A stretch of 62,946 nucleotides of DNA, filler included, from Octopus bimaculoides (lineage: Eukaryota), in NCBI RefSeq assembly GCF_001194135.2. It is 5 parts of 5 records of this genome, joined end to end, with 100 filler letters (N's around TTAATTAATTAA, not from the genome) between each part and the next. Parts side by side here need not be neighbours in the genome. Positions count along the whole stretch, not along the records: positions 55,787 to 62,946 come from NC_069008.1; 4 more parts are not named here. The stretch is one strand, 5' to 3'. Shown piece by piece: positions 62,931-62,946 of the stretch (its first letter is position 1; every line of letters begins with the position of its first letter). The notes under the pieces were generated by a model, which did no database searches, had not been told where the DNA came from, and was given only the letters and a program-made list of their open reading frames with translations. Both the position numbers and the translations under genes were made by a program.

Positions 62931-62946
62931 TATATATATATATATA

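Overview
AT-rich animal genomic DNA with many N-gaps and dense microsatellites. The SINE families and repeat landscape look like an octopus/coleoid cephalopod draft scaffold (inference; no database search was possible). Almost all ORFs in the supplied track are artefacts of N-runs or microsatellites. The supportable content is as follows. (1) One uncharacterized spliced protein-coding gene on the minus strand: three exons with good splice sites at 25371-25297, 15624-15520 and 14327-~14225, followed by repeat-like coding segments, one carrying a TGA at a conserved Trp position. (2) Decayed retroelements: four RLE-type (R4/Dong-like) non-LTR fragments abutting (AAT)n or (CATA)n microsatellites, Penelope-like elements with GIY-YIG domains, RTE LINEs, and about 20 tRNA-derived SINEs. 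(3) Decayed DNA transposons: two hAT, two Tc1/mariner, one Chapaev-like, one MITE, and Helitron/HINE-like non-autonomous elements. (4) The least obvious signal is at least five minimal type-I hammerhead-ribozyme motifs in short ORF-less repeats, several next to (TA)n tracts and one inside a fold-back, consistent with non-autonomous Penelope/retrozyme-like elements. No rRNA, bona fide tRNA gene or CRISPR array is supported. Repeat boundaries were read by eye and are approximate.
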